Assembly: GCA_951406725.2 (NCBI GenBank)
Contig: OX597836.1
Location: 22,444,001-22,508,000, forward strand
From: Octopus vulgaris
Taxonomy: Eukaryota
Direction of reading: 5' to 3'
DNA: 64,000 nt
Shown here: one piece after another, positions 12,065-26,293 of the stretch
How positions within the stretch are numbered: position 1 is the stretch's first letter
Layout of the letters: each line of letters opens with the position of its first letter
Made by a program: the position numbers and the translations under genes
The notes under the pieces: model-generated
Database searches by the model: none
What the model was told of the DNA's origin: nothing
The model's input: only the letters and a program-made list of their open reading frames with translations

Positions 12065-15000
12065 TAACAGATGAAGAGAGATAGTATGGTGGTGAAGCCC
12101 GGCCGGTACTTCAAAAAGAAATTGCATGCTTCTCATGCTCTGAATATCACATCTCCTCCCTTTTCTATAGGATGCCTCTTCCTATCACTGACTCGCAGTC
12201 AGGCATATCAGGACGGGGGGGGGGTAATGATGGGGATAGAGAACGGGGGAGGAGAGGTAGGAGGTGAAGAAGGGTTGTATAAATAAGGAGAAACTAGTAG
12301 CTGTAGTAGCGGTGGTGGTGGTGGTAGTGATGGCGATGGTAGCGTTGCTGGATAATGTTGGTATGATGCGAAGGGATGGAACGGAACGGAAGGAAGGATG
12401 GCTTGTAAGGAATAGCGTAGCCATAGCCTTCTGCCAAGGCGGCCCCGGTTTAACCAACCATTTAGCCAAATAAGCACGTGCTTAGGGCACCTCAAAGATC
12501 CCTACCCCCCATAACCTAGTGCCAGTTTACTGCGGAGCTAATGGTGCAGTGGAACCAAAGCCACACACAAAATGTTGACGCTATGCGGTTTTTGTTTCCT
12601 GTTGTTCTTTGAAAATTTCGTTTCTTACTATTCTGCTGATAATTGTTATTGTTTCTACTTCAGGCACAAATGCTGAAACTGCACTCGATTACATCAAGCC
12701 CACTGCTCGACTGCTACTTATTTTATCAACCCTGAAAGGATGAAAAGACAAAGTTGACCCCAGCATGGCATTTTTCTCCAATCTTCTAACCTAGTGATTT
12801 TCAACCATTTTCTTTTTTTTTTTTTTTTTTTTTTCACCTATGGGCCCCTTTGATTCCTATTTTACTCCTGGTAGGAGACCTCCACAGTCATTCTATGTTT
12901 TAAAAACATTATATTTTTATAATTAAATATTAAGCTGTGTCTGGGGAGAATCATTCTCTTTTGGTGCCTTGTAATCTCAAAACGAAATAAATATTAAGCA
13001 TTGTTTTAAAAAAGTTCTTGAAATATTTTGCTTTGTAGAAGTATAACCAATTTATTGCAGGTAAATTTTAACAACAAAATCTTATGTGGATCCCCAAAGG
13101 TCGTGTGGACCCCGGTTGAGAACTAACCATTTTACCATTCTAATCATTCTACCAGTTGTCTCTGATATAAATTAGGTACAAGACCTGGATCTTTTCTGTT
13201 TGGATTTCACTTTTCAATTCGTTCAATTTTGTTCCAATTAATTTCAAATTTGGTATTGATGTAATTTTGTATGCTAATTATGGAAACGAAATTCATTTTT
13301 TCTTGAAACTAAAAAGTTAATAGCTTTTAAAGTTTGCAAATTTTGGGTAATTTTAGCCAATCAAAAGCCAAATATATATTAGTGTCTGTTTTCATACTAA
13401 CAAACCAAACCGTTGTGTCGTCTGCTTATCCATCTGTTACGTTGTGTTTTCGTACTTTTGCCCGTCTGTTGCTGTCGTTGTGGGGTACGAGAACATAAGA
13501 CCTCGACAAGATTTGAACTCAGATATATAAAGAGGTGATACAAATACTGCAAATACTTTTTGTCTAATGCTTTAATGCCTTAATATTTATTCTTAATTGT
13601 TTTTAATTTAGGTACAAGACCAGAAACTTGGAGGATGGAAACAGTCAACTATATCCACCCCAGGATGCTAAAAGACTAAGACGTCCTCAGCAGGATTTGA
13701 ACTTAATATAAAGAGCCGGAACAAATACTGATTACAAAGCATTTTGCCCAACACACACACGATTCTGCTAATACATCACCTTAAGCTTGTTTCTCAACCA
13801 CATGGTTCCGGGTTTAGTATGGCACCTTGGGCAAATGTCTTCTACTATAATAACCTTTGGTTGACCAAAGCTTTGTGTGTGGATTTGGTAGATGGAAACT
13901 GAAAGAAGCCCGTCTATATCTGTGTGTGTGTGTATTTGTACCCCACCACTGTTTGACAACCGGTGTTAGTGTGTTTACGTCCGTAACTTAGCGGTTCAGC
14001 AAAACAGAACCGACAGAATGAGTACCAGGCTTTAAAAAATGTACTGAGTTTGATTCATTCGACTAAAAATTTCTTCACTTCACACCAGTCTTTAAAAACT
14101 GGTCACATTAGACAATGCCATTCTAGATATTTCTAAAACGTGAGAAAAGTCACGGCTGGAAAGCCTTTGATTGGATCTGCTCAATCGGGTCTGAACCAGG
14201 GGAACTAAAGCAACCACCGTCACCATCACATTTACAGTATACCACTAGCACCACCATCCTTGTCCCCTATTACCAATATTTCTTGTGGAATTGTGATGGT
14301 GTTGGAATGGCAGTGAGGAATGAAAACAAAGAGAAACTGCCATATTTAATAATGATAATAGTGAAAAATAATTTAATAAAATTAAAATGGTTTTTAAACC
14401 AGACCAACGCCATAGCGAAGAAAGAGAGAATTAAAACGGATACAAAGAGCATGTTTGTCTTCTCATTAAATAAAGGTGGGGGAGGCTAAAAAAAAATTGT
14501 CATTAACATTTTGGCGAGCGGTGAAGGGGTAGCCATAACCATTCCCCCTCTCCACCACCACAATTGTGCGTTTATCCCCATCACCACCACCACCACCAAC
14601 ACATTTGTCCTCCTATCGCCTCTACCGCCACAGCCCCCCATCTTCTCCACGACATCGTTTCTAAGCCACTAGCAAATGTCCTCTCCTCTCATAAAAACAT
14701 CCGAAAGCCTTAATACGTCACGACCACAACCATCACCATCACTACTGTCGCCACCATCAATAATAAACTTCAAAAAGAATTCCTTTCGACTTTAATAAAT
14801 AATAAAGAATGTACGCAGCCATCATCAAATACAATCTTCCTATCTCCGTGTCCCTGGCCTCGTTTCCACAACCACCGACACCACCACGGTCATGGCCATC
14901 ATGATTATCACTACTACCACTGTAAGTACGGCCATGATCACTAATGCGGCCGTTTTCACCACCACTACCACTATTGTAATCACGTTGAAAATCGATCTGC

Positions 15001-15076
15001 TAGAAATAGTAGCCAAAACTCCCTTAAACTTCTGACAACATTTACAAGTGAACAACTGGGACAAAATTTTTTTCTC

Positions 15077-15500
15077 GGATCTTTTCGGTTTGAACGGCAG
15101 TTTTTTCTAGCGGTGTCATATGAAATTGTCACCCATAATTATGACCCTAGTATCGATCTATTGCATTTCAATCTATGTTAGGGTTAGAGTTAGGGTTAGG
15201 GTTGGAGGAAGGGTATCTTTTTTTCTTCAGAAATGCAAATAAACCCAATCTGTTTCTTTAAACGAGGGACATATTCATACGGCACAGAATGTTTTCACCT
15301 CAATAGACGTCATTGATTGGTTGAAATTGCAGAAATTGAAGAAAAGAAAACAACAAATATCTTACAAACTATAGAATTTTCTCAATAAAGCCAAGAGAAA
15401 AAGATGTTTTGTAAACACATTCTACCAGTATACGAAGTTTAAAAGTGTTTAGTTATGTGGAAATTATTTTAAAAAACTGCCGTTCAAACCGAAAATATCC
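15077..15500 (+). mobile_element. MITE copy 2 (8-bp TSD, Merlin-like)
   Basis: Same TIRs; TSD tttttctc; internal tagggttagagttagggttaggg. Confidence 0.9.
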
Positions 15501-16705
15501 TTTTTCTCTCTCTCACATACATACACACACGCTAGCCGCCTCGAGCCATCACTATACACAAGTGTTGTTTAGATCTGGGCTTAAGCTTGCAGATTCAAAA
15601 GTGTTCCAGTCGTGACCACCTCATCTTTTATTCATATACCGTTATCCTTAACTACATTAGTCTATGTGACCTTCATTTGTTTAAAATAAAATAAAACGGT
15701 AGCATATCGTCAGAGCAGTCGTGTGGTTCCAGCCGTCACTATCTCGTTCGATGCATTGGATAAGTTCATAATTTTGAAAGAAAACTAATTGTGCTTCGTA
15801 TATTAGCTGTTAATTGTTCGAAGTCTTCAATTACACATTCGATACACTTGAAGAAATTTAACAGTCATGCTTCACCCTACAGTTAACAAGGAATGTAATT
15901 AAGACAATTTTTAGTTCAAATAGCACGGGATAGTCAGGGATGGTATGTTTTATCGTATCTAAACTAGACTCTTACTATCCACTAGTTTAACTTTTGTCAA
16001 AGTAAAAAATATTTTGACTACAATTGGGACCCAAGAAATGAACCAGCATAGAAAACATTATCCTTTTAACTTTTGTTTCACAGGATTGTGACCAAGCTGG
16101 GGCACTGCTGTGAAGGATTTTAGCCGAACACATCGATCCGAGTACTTAATTTTTAAAAGTCCGTTGATTATTCGCTCAAAGGGAATTCTCCCAAGATGCC
16201 GTGCAGTAGGACTGAAACTGAAACCCTATGGTTGCAAAGCTAGCTTCGTAACCACACACAAATATTAAAAAGAAAATTTTTTTAAAGGTGAGATGGTCAA
16301 GGTAAGAACGCCTTTGATTAAAGAGTCGGTGATGAGAGCTGAGCTGAAGCTAAATTGAGGGGAGGGTGCCCCATCATCGTTGTTGTCGCTGCTGTTGCAT
16401 TCAACAGATGTAGCATATGCCCACATTGCCCTCTACTCATACATCACGGCTTTCATAATACAATGTTGCCACGTGGTCGGCCATTAACCCTGCTCACACC
16501 ACCTCCGGTAGTGAGATTAGAATCCCTAGGCAGAATCCGAGCCGAAACAAATAGCGCAAGACATCCCTGTCCGACACTGACAATTTACCCTAATCCACTG
16601 CCCTTGAATAGTACTTTATTTTATGGACCCCCAAAAGGATAAAAAGCGGAAGTTGATCCCAAGATGATTTGAATTCAGGGTGCACAGAACTGGAAATAAA
16701 TATTG

Positions 16706-17050
16706 GTTTCAAATTCTTGTACAAAGCCAGTAGTTGTACCGAACCCCAGTGCTCGACTGGTACTTACTTTATCGACCCCAGAAGGATGAACTCAGACAGT
16801 AAAGACGGGCGAACTACCTATTTCTTTACAACCCACAAGGGGCTAAACACAGAGGACAAACAAGAGCAGACAAAGGGATTAAGTCGATTATATCGACCCC
16901 AGTGCGTAACTGGTACTTATTTAATCGACCCCGAAAGGATGAAAGGCAAAGTCGACCTCGGCGGAAATTTGAACTCAGAACGTAGCGGCAGACGAAATAG
17001 CGCTAAGCATTCCGCCCGGCGTGCTAACGTTTCTGCCAGCTCGCCGCCTT
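16706..17050 (-). mobile_element. Chimeric family B SINE dimer
   Basis: Young full unit (16819-17048) fused to a truncated unit of a different subfamily; 20-bp TSD agaac(t/c)ggaaataaatattg. Confidence 0.75.
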
Positions 17051-18070
17051 AGAACCGGAAATAAATATTGCAAAATATTTCTATCCGACGCTCTTCACGA
17101 CTCTGTTAATCCGCCGATGGCAGGAAAAGTATAGCCTCGCTCGAGACACACTACCGCCCCTCGCCTCACTCAAGCAACGCAACAGGGTTTTGAACTATAT
17201 GACAAATACAAACTTAAAGGTCCTGTATGGAGAGATATCACAGCAGCACACACATACGATTAGTTTTACTGTTTAAATTAATCATTGTTGCTATCATGAC
17301 AATGTAAACATTTTGGCGCGAAAAATTCATTTAGTTTCCGCCATTAGTGATAAATTTGAAACGTTCTGAATATTTTTACACACACACATATACACGGATA
17401 GCTGTCTAAGAATCCATAAGTTAGAAAAAAAATTGCGAGAAAGGTAATTTGGAGAATGAGGCTGAAAGGGTTAAAGTCAGGCACTTTCATCTCTGGCCCT
17501 GGATTGGTGAATTACTTCACCTTTCACCTTAAAAGGAAAATAGGGCTACAGAGAAAATGCCTGACTGTGAAAATGTTTAAAAATAGATGGAAGAATGTAG
17601 CACGGATGTTGCGTATGGATGTAACCTCGTGAATGCGACACAGGATGTATTTCGGGCATCAGTGGCGAGGCGGGGGATCGTGGGGTCCGAATTAAACCCG
17701 CTCCCCACTCCATCTGCAAGGGTCTATCCTATCATTCGATTTATTATATTTTGATTTTTGTTAAATTTTTAATGCCATTTTTTTGTATAATCATTCGTTC
17801 ATCTGACCCCAAAATCAGTTTGTATTGTCCCCTCTTTGTTAGCCCTTTGTGGGTAATAAAAAATCATCTCTGCAACACTGCAACCTAGCAGCTCACAGCT
17901 GATTCTTAACCCGCTCTAACTTTACCCGTTATCTCCAGAGGTAATGTACCTCTCGCGAACGGAGCTAACGAACTACGCGCTGACATACAGATTGGTCGCC
18001 GAGAGCAAACCCCATGAAATGAGAACCAAACAAACAACCACTGAATTGCACTCGCTTGTAAGCCTCTTTT

Positions 18071-18491
18071 GGATCTTTTCGGTTTGAACGGCACTTTGTA
18101 ACATAATTTCCACGTAACTAAAAAAATTTTAACTTCGTGTACTGGTAGATGTGTTTATAAAACATCTTTTTCTCTTGGTTTTATTGAGAAAATTCTATAG
18201 TTTGTAAGATATTTGTTTTTTTTTTTTCTTTCTTCAATTTCTGCAATTTCAACCAATCAATGACGTCTATTGAGGTAAAAAAAAAAACATTCTGTGCTGT
18301 ATGAATATGTCCCTCGTTTAAGAAACAGATTGGGTTTATTTACATTTCTGAAGAAAAAAAGATACCCTTCCTTCCACCCCTAACCCTAAAACAGATTGAA
18401 ATGCAATAGATCGATACTAGGGTCATAATTATGGGTGACAATTTCATATGACACCGCTAGAAAAAACTGCCGTTCAAACCCGAAAAGATCC
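18071..18491 (-). mobile_element. MITE copy 3 (8-bp TSD, Merlin-like)
   Basis: Same TIRs; TSD cctctttt. Confidence 0.9.
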
Positions 18492-19104
18492 CCTCTTTTT
18501 CTTCGAGTTCCAGAATCCAAAGACTAGAAAAATTAATTGTAATGGGAGAAGGAGATATACTCCACAGGTAACAGGAACCTTCTAGCCCTATTATAACGTC
18601 ATTCATCCTCTTTTCCAGCCTAGCGGCTTCATCTACGCTGTGAGGGGACGTTGTGTGGGTGAAACACGCCAACTAATACTGAAGGGCGGCCTCTCTCCCT
18701 CAACACACACACGGTTGTATACGGTGAAATAAAAAGTTATTTTACGCTGTTTCAACGAGAGGTATGTACATATACACATATACATATTAAGCATATCTAC
18801 ACACATACCTTCTCTCTCCCCCCTCACACACAAATGTTTGTGTTATTAACACAAGTGAGACAATTGTTCAAAAACAGTCAGTAAATTGCTGCCCTTATTT
18901 CACAAGTTTTTTAAGTGTTTAATAGTAGGAATGGCGGGCGATAAATTCATACCAAATGTTTTTTTTAAATATTGTTTTGATTGCTTATCTCTGTAACTAA
19001 ACCCCGGACAAACACACACATAAAGGTCTCGCCTGTGCAGAAACGAATAATAATAAGAATGGTTTCAAATATATTTATTTATTTATTTATTTATCCTCAC
19101 TTTC

Positions 19105-19410
19105 CTTTCCCAGTGGAACTTGGAAAAGTCGACGACGGCTTGGTCGTAAAACGTAGCGTTCCTTTCAATCATGTCCACCACACTACCTCCTTCGCCATAG
19201 CCAATAGACATACAAAAACTGCCTGTCTTTCTTGGTCAAAGGAAAAAAGCAAAACGATTGTGACAGTGGAGTCAGCCGATCGTTGGATACATGTAGAAGT
19301 TGTTAGACATAACTCCATAAAGTCAGCAATGTCAAGCACTGTGTGAACGAGTGCAAAACGGTTTCGTCACTCTGCACACACCTCGAGCAAGTGCAGCTGT
19401 CGGCATTGCC
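19105..19410 (-). pseudogene. L1/Tx1-type LINE ORF2 C-terminal (CCHC zinc-knuckle) relic
   Basis: Minus-strand translation CSRCVQSDETVLHSFTQC...LWSYV and VFVCLLAMAKEVVWWT, with stops and frameshifts. Confidence 0.65.
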
Positions 19411-19414
19411 ATGT

Positions 19415-19750
19415 CTGTAGCATGACTGTGTGGTAAGAAGCTTGTTTCCCAACCACATGGTTCCGAGTTCAGTCTCACTGCGCGGCACCTTGGGCAAGTG
19501 CCTTCTACTCTAGTCTAGGGCCGACAAAAGCCTTGTGGTGGATTTGGTAGATGGAAACTGAAAGAAACCCGTCGTATATATGTGTGTATCTCATCACCGA
19601 TCACAACCGGTTCGGCAAAAAAGACCAATAGAATAAGTACCTGGCTTTAAAGAAATGAGTCCTGGGGAAGATTCGTTTAAATAAAATCCTTCAAGGTGCT
19701 TCCCCGGCATGGCCGCAGTCTAATGATTAAAACAAATAGAAGATAAAAGA
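19415..19750 (+). mobile_element. Family A SINE, diverged
   Basis: Match to family A head and tail. Confidence 0.8.
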
Positions 19751-20616
19751 TAATCCAGTAATGACCACCCCTATCCTGGTAGCATTGCCAGGCCAAGGAT
19801 TTCTGGTACAAAAATATCGAAGACGGTACAGAACAATGGACTGTGGAATTACATGATCGTGAAAACAGAGGTGACAAAAATGAGGGCTAAATAATTTTTT
19901 AAAATTCATCCAAAAGGAGGGGCGGAAGCCTCGAAGTGTTACTCGTAGACATTCCACAAAACCACAATCCCCTGGCCCCTCCAATCTACAGGCGCATGCT
20001 CAGAGTAGAGCCATTCATTCGGATCACCGCCATCGTCCACCGTTTTAACAAATATACTGGAAAGCATAACTTCGCTCTCTACTTTTATTTTGCTTTTCAA
20101 GTCAAACGTGAACAAGCGGATGAGAGCTTGCCCAAAAACGTCCATCTTCAACCCTTTTAATCTCGCAAACCTCTTTCACATAAGTTATTTAAAAACCGTT
20201 AATAGATTTAAGGCCAAAGGTAATTTAGAGAAAGAGGAGGAGAAAGAAAGAAATTAACAGAAAATTAAGAGTGGAGAAATATAGGGAATAAAGCTTAAAA
20301 GCGTGGAAATAGATATGTGTAGTGGAAATGAAATGTAAGAAGACAGTTATAGGTCGAATTTTACAGATAGGTAGAAATTACTTATAGGAACTAAAAAGTA
20401 TGTTTTTGCCAATGTTTACAACGATAAGCGCATTCTTTAGAAGTGTTTACGAGAGTATTATCCGAGAAAAGGATGAGAAATTGTCCTTCGTTACAGAGCG
20501 GACAAAAACATTTACCTTTGTCATATGGGAAGGATCTAAATAGAATATTCCATTCCAAATCAAATTATTATGTTCCTTTAGAGACTAAATTAATTTACTA
20601 AGCCCAGTAGTGTTGC

Positions 20617-20672
<56 letters not shown>

Positions 20673-20749
20673 CACACACACACACAAAGAAGAATGTACG
20701 CTTACTACGATGATTTGACAATCGGTGATGAGTGACAATTCTGTCAATA

Positions 20750-20985
20750 ATAATATTTTGTAAGCTTAAAGATTAGAAGCGATCACCGTGCATTAACTAA
20801 AGAAAATAGTCTGCCCTAATATTGAGACTTATAAGCCCTCGACGGAAAAAAAGTAGGTTTTTCGTACGGGTAAGTAAAGCCACTTTTTTCCGTCGAGGAC
20901 TTATATGCCCCTATACCCCAATAGACTATTTTCTTTAGTCAATACACAGTGATCGTTTATAAGCTTTAAGCTTACAAAATATTAT
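20750..20985. repeat. ~236-bp imperfect foldback palindrome
   Basis: ataatattttgtaagcttaaag...cctcgacggaaaaaa mirrored by ttttttccgtcgagg...ctttaagcttacaaaatattat. Confidence 0.9.
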
Positions 20986-21823
20986 ATAAGGCGATGCTTC
21001 AGCATGGCCGCGATCAAATGACTGAAACAAGTAAAAGAGAATATATATTTATTTATATATATATATAAGACGGCACTGTCTGGTTTGAAAATTGATTTAG
21101 AGCCACTTCAAAGGTACACACACACACGTATATCATGATACGCAGGCATTCTTATAATACACATACACACACCAGCATTACGATGCACACATCTATCACG
21201 ATATACACATACATACACGAGTATTATCTCACAAGAGTTACAGGTTTATTTAAATAAAGCAGCAGCGGCGGCAACGAGGAGGAAAGGCGAGGGAGTGAGA
21301 TGAATGGGAATATGTGTACGGGTGGCAGTGAGAGAGAGAGAGAAGAAGGGGAGACAGAAAGACACACAGAGAGAGAAGGAGCGACGTTATAAAAAGACCC
21401 TCCTGTACACATACATACAGACAGACATATACACACCCACACACGCTGAGAACGAAAGACGAGTGCGACCAAAATGACATGCTAAGGCAAACAATTGATA
21501 AAACTGAAATGTCATCGTATATGTTTGTACACACATTACTAATCCAGGTAGAGGTAGTTGGGCGTGGGTGGGTGTGTGTGTGTGCGTGAATATGAAATTT
21601 AATCTTGCCATGTTGCTATGAATGCAAATTCCACAATAGTACTCGAGAGCCATGATAAAAGAGCTCGTGTGCGTGCCATATGTATATATCATCCAAAACA
21701 GTTCCATTCGGCTCTATACGACTTGAAGTTTCGCGGGCGTCTAACAGAATCCCGCCTCTTTCAAGTTTTAGATTACTAAATGTGTCAAGTGTCTTTTTCT
21801 TTCGTTTGTCCATTCATCGTGTG

Positions 21824-21891
<68 letters not shown>

Positions 21892-22273
21892 GGTATGTGT
21901 GTAGGTTTGTCTGTCTTATTTTACAGATTCCATATTTTGACAGAGAAACTCTGCTTTCGCTAATTTATAGCTAGTTCGTCAGAAACATAATATTCTGCTT
22001 CAGACAAGTTTAGTTGCGATTTAGCGAAAGCAGTTTCATTGACCAAAACATCAAAACCTGTAAAATATAAACTATTTGCTCAGCAGTTATTTATAATATG
22101 TCTTTTTTTTTTTTCTCGTTTATTCTTATTTTCTCACAGTCCTGCGTCCTTCTTTCTAAAATATATCTAAAGCATAAACGGGGCCTGAAAGATTGCTTGG
22201 AGATACATGACACATTTTATAAATATGCTTATATCATAAAAGCATGAAACTATCAGTAGTTTTTTCGGTTGTG

Positions 22274-22321
<48 letters not shown>

Positions 22322-23484
22322 GACCGGACGCGAGGCTTCGGCACGCAGCGACTCTTTGCTTGCTCCTCCTGTTCGACTTACTCTGACCGTTTACCCGCAC
22401 CTCGTCCCACTCGTTCGCCTTGTCGTCGACACCCTTTTACGTTTTCGAAGAAGAGCTATGCTCGAAACATAAAACAACCACTCCTTTCCTTCTCTGAGCG
22501 TCTTATTAATACTTTACATATGCTATCTCCTCACGTTGTGTTTTTTCTTGTCTTTCCCTCCGTTTTTTTTAAAAATTAACTATACATATATTAGAGGCGA
22601 CTCCGGGCCATCAGCGTCACTCGAGCTCATTGCAAATTTGAGAGTGATAGAATAAGTACTAGGCTTACAAAGAATAAGTCCTGGAGTCGATTTGCTCGAC
22701 TCAAGGCGGTGCTCCGGCATGGCCAGTCAAATGACTGAAACAAGTAAAAGAGTAAAGAGAGTATATGTGTGTGTGTGTATACGCGCGCGCTCAGATATTT
22801 CAACATATAACCACAGATGCAAGTGCATTATTACAGAAATACATGCGCATGCACAAAAACGTTCTATGACAGAGAGAGAGAGAGGGAAGAAGAAAAAAAA
22901 CAATAGTTGTAAGGCATTTTAAACTGAAGTCGAATCCCTACCCCACTCCCATCCATCCCCCACTCCACCACCCGTGCCCGCATTTCTTTGCATTCCACTG
23001 CATCGAACGGTTTTTCTGCTGCACAACAAAGACTGCACTCCGCTCTGCTGACTGATTTGACAGCAGTGGAAGGTGGTGGTGGTGGTGGTGGGAAGGCAAT
23101 GAAATACCAAACTGCTCACTCTCTCTTTCTCTCTCTCCCTCCATTCATTCTAATTTACCCTTACAAGCAATTTATAGCAGATAGAGTGGGGGGGAGGTAC
23201 TAAGAGAATAAGGCAGGGGAATGAAAGAGTGAAGATGAAAAGGACGGCGGGGGGATGGGACGACGGGAGAGAGGGAAATATGTAAGAAGAAAGGGGGAAA
23301 AGGAGACGGTAAAAAGAAGAGAGATGGAGGGAGTGAAACAGAACAGTAAGAAGACAGATAAGGAGAAAAGGGGGGGGGGATTAAAGAAAGAAAAAGGGGG
23401 TGAAATATTGAAAGCAAGACTAGATATCAACAATAGAAATGGCATAGAAGAAAGAGGTGGAGGGGGGAATACTGGGGTGTACTG

Positions 23485-23555
<71 letters not shown>

Positions 23556-23620
23556 AAAATAGATAGATAGATAGAAAAATAGATAGATAGATAGATAGAT
23601 AGAAAGATGGATAGATAGAT

Positions 23621-23669
<49 letters not shown>

Positions 23670-23682
23670 TGATAGAAAGATG

Positions 23683-23718
<36 letters not shown>

Positions 23719-23744
23719 TGATAGAAAGATAGATAGATAGATAA

Positions 23745-23775
<31 letters not shown>

Positions 23776-23864
23776 TGATAGAAAGATGGATAGATAGATA
23801 GATATGATAGATAGATAGATAGATATATAGAAAGATGGACAGACAGACAGACAGACAGACAGAC

Positions 23865-23911
<47 letters not shown>

Positions 23912-23925
23912 TACATATGATAGAT
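23485..23925. repeat. (GATA)n/(GACA)n microsatellite
   Basis: Direct reading; source of the spurious 243-aa ORF. Confidence 0.98.
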
Positions 23926-24365
23926 AAGCATAAGGTCGAGGATATTTGAGGGAATGGTGGTGGGGTCAGTCAGTTAGATCAACCCCAGTATTTTGGCTGG
24001 TGTTGTATTTTCTAAAGCCCGAAAATCTGAAAGGCAAAGTTAAACCCAGATCAGACTTGAGCTGAGAGCATTAAATAACCAAAACAACTCCTACGGTAAG
24101 GCGTTTTGTAGGTCGTTCTACCGATTTTGCCAATCCAACTCTGTACATATCTGCGTGCGTTTGTCTTTCTCCCAAACACACACATATATCAGTTGATAGT
24201 GGAGGTTTGTTTACGTTCCGAAAACATTAGCGGTTCGGAAAAAGAAACCGATAGAATAAGTACGAAACTTTAAAAAAATAAGTACTGGGGTCAATCTGTT
24301 CGACTAAAATCCACCAAAGGCTGTGCTCCAGTATGACCGCAGCCCAGTGGCTGAGATAAGTAAAA

Positions 24366-24411
<46 letters not shown>

Positions 24412-24813
24412 GATGGGCTTCTTTCAGTTTCCGTCTACCAAATCCACTCACAAGGCTATGGTCGGCCCGAGGCTATAGTAGAAGACACTTGCCCAAGGTG
24501 CAAGGCAGTGGGATTGAACCAGGAACCATGTGGTTTGTAAGCAAGCTACTTACCACAGAGCCACTCCTACGCCTTTAATATGTAAAGGAATCTACACCCT
24601 CTCATTACATTTTATGCATAATGTCCAATGCATGTATACACGAGCGAAGACCTATGCACAGACATGTGCAGCGTTATTGTTTAAATGCAGTTCAGTCCTG
24701 ATTAGGCAGGCAGACCTATGATCAAAAGCGTTCCTGCTATGACCATACGGTTTTTTTTTTTTAGACATAGTATATCTACAACTGAACAATGTAAAATTTT
24801 TTTTTTTTTTTTT

Positions 24814-24972
24814 GGCGATCCTTCGGTATGGGTACCGTAAGTGGCTTTGTTTACATAACAGAAACCCTTTTCTCCCATCCCTAACACAAACCCTAGCCCT
24901 ACCCCCTCCCCCCATATAAAAAAAAAACCCACTTTCTTGAAATGTATCCGGTACCTATACCGAAGTTACGCC
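24814..24972. mobile_element. Small GG-terminated MITE with degenerate CCCTAA repeats
   Basis: TIR ggcgatccttcggtatgggtaccg / cggtacctataccgaagttacgcc; flanked by T runs; internal ccctaa...ccctagccctacc. Confidence 0.7.
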
Positions 24973-26002
24973 TTTTTTTTTTTTCTTTTTTAAAATAGTG
25001 TTTTAAAATAGTGTTGAGACGATGATGAGATATTTGGTTGTTATCTCTAGCAGTTCGGCTAACCCCATAGAAATGCAAGCTCCTCTGTGTGTGTGTCAGA
25101 GGCGGAACCAGGTTCTAAAGTTGGTGGGGGAGCGAGCACATAAAAAAGGGCGCCATGACACATACCATACAATTTTTAACTCATTTCTCCTATATTACGC
25201 GAAATATCTCATTAGTTATGGCGTCTCTGTCGCTAACATACATGCAGCCATGATACATTCTTTTATCCTTTTATTGGTTTCAGCCCAAAGGTTGTGGCCA
25301 TGCAGGGGCACCGCATGCACAATAAATGTCTCCTACATTCATTAGTTTCATGTTTCAGTAACAACATCATAGGTGTGACGTGGTAGAGATGAAGCTCCAC
25401 GGGATCGTCCAGTGTGGAAAGGCTTATGACGTCAGGGTTCTGCTTTTGTTCTTTGGATGTCAGCGGCCTACAACATGTCACAGGAGATTCAGCAGACAGT
25501 TTCAGAAACTACGGGTGGCCGGTCAATAAAGTAATGACTTCTGAAAGTTCTTCCAATGCCATACGATTGACAAAAGAAGAGATTCGACTTTTATTGCACA
25601 ATGTGAACTAAAGAGTAAAAAAATTGAAATGAGCCAGTTTTTGAAAAATGTGCTCAAAGGAAGCGGTCGCCCCTCCTTTAGCTGCTGCATACAGAGAGGA
25701 TATATATATATATATAAAATTTTACATATATATTGTTTTTACGTATTTTTGTATTCTTATTCGTGTAACATCGTCCGTTTTTCCGTCCTTGTTTTGTATA
25801 CATTCGAGGCTTTCTTCCAAGGAATCTAGTGCGCTTGGCTTAGATTTTCCTTTGGGGCTGGCCAGATCGGAGCAATCTCAAGATTAATCAGCCGAAATTG
25901 CGAGGATGATCCGGTTCTTGACTGAAGATCGAAGGCTTCGAATATCCCGTCCGTGTTTTTTTGTGTCGTCTTCTAAATGTTTTGCGTTCTTGTCCCAGTT
26001 TG

Positions 26003-26055
<53 letters not shown>

Positions 26056-26062
26056 ACATATA

Positions 26063-26293
26063 TATTTCTTTACTGCCCACAAGGAGCTAAACATAGAGGG
26101 GACCAACAAGGACAGACAAAGGGATTAAGTTCATTACATCAACCCCAGTGCGTAACTGGTACTTAATTTATCGACCCCGAAAGGATGAAAGGCAAAGTCG
26201 ACCTCGGCGGAATTTGAACTCAGAACGTAACGACAGACGAAATACCGCTAAGCATTTCGCCCAGAGCGCTAACGCTTCTGCCAGCTCGCCGCC
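26063..26293 (-). mobile_element. Family B SINE
   Basis: Full-length match to family B. Confidence 0.9.

Noticed and set aside
18762-19346. Apparent + strand intron (GAG|GTATGT at 18761, tttcctttcccag at 19113) and following 77-codon frame
   Set aside because: The upstream exon has an in-frame stop and no ATG, and the downstream region is the antisense of an L1/Tx1 ORF2 relic; at most a non-coding splice.
21940-21990. Minus-strand CTGACGA...GAAA hammerhead-like string
   Set aside because: Stems I and III do not pair; better explained as part of an inverted repeat (21935-22048).
23200-23931. Longest ORF in the track (243 aa, YLSI repeats)
   Set aside because: Translation of a (GATA)n microsatellite; no coding signal.
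25097-25690. Possible hAT relic or exon (cagaggcggaaccagg start)
   Set aside because: No matching 3' TIR or TSD and no recognisable protein motif.
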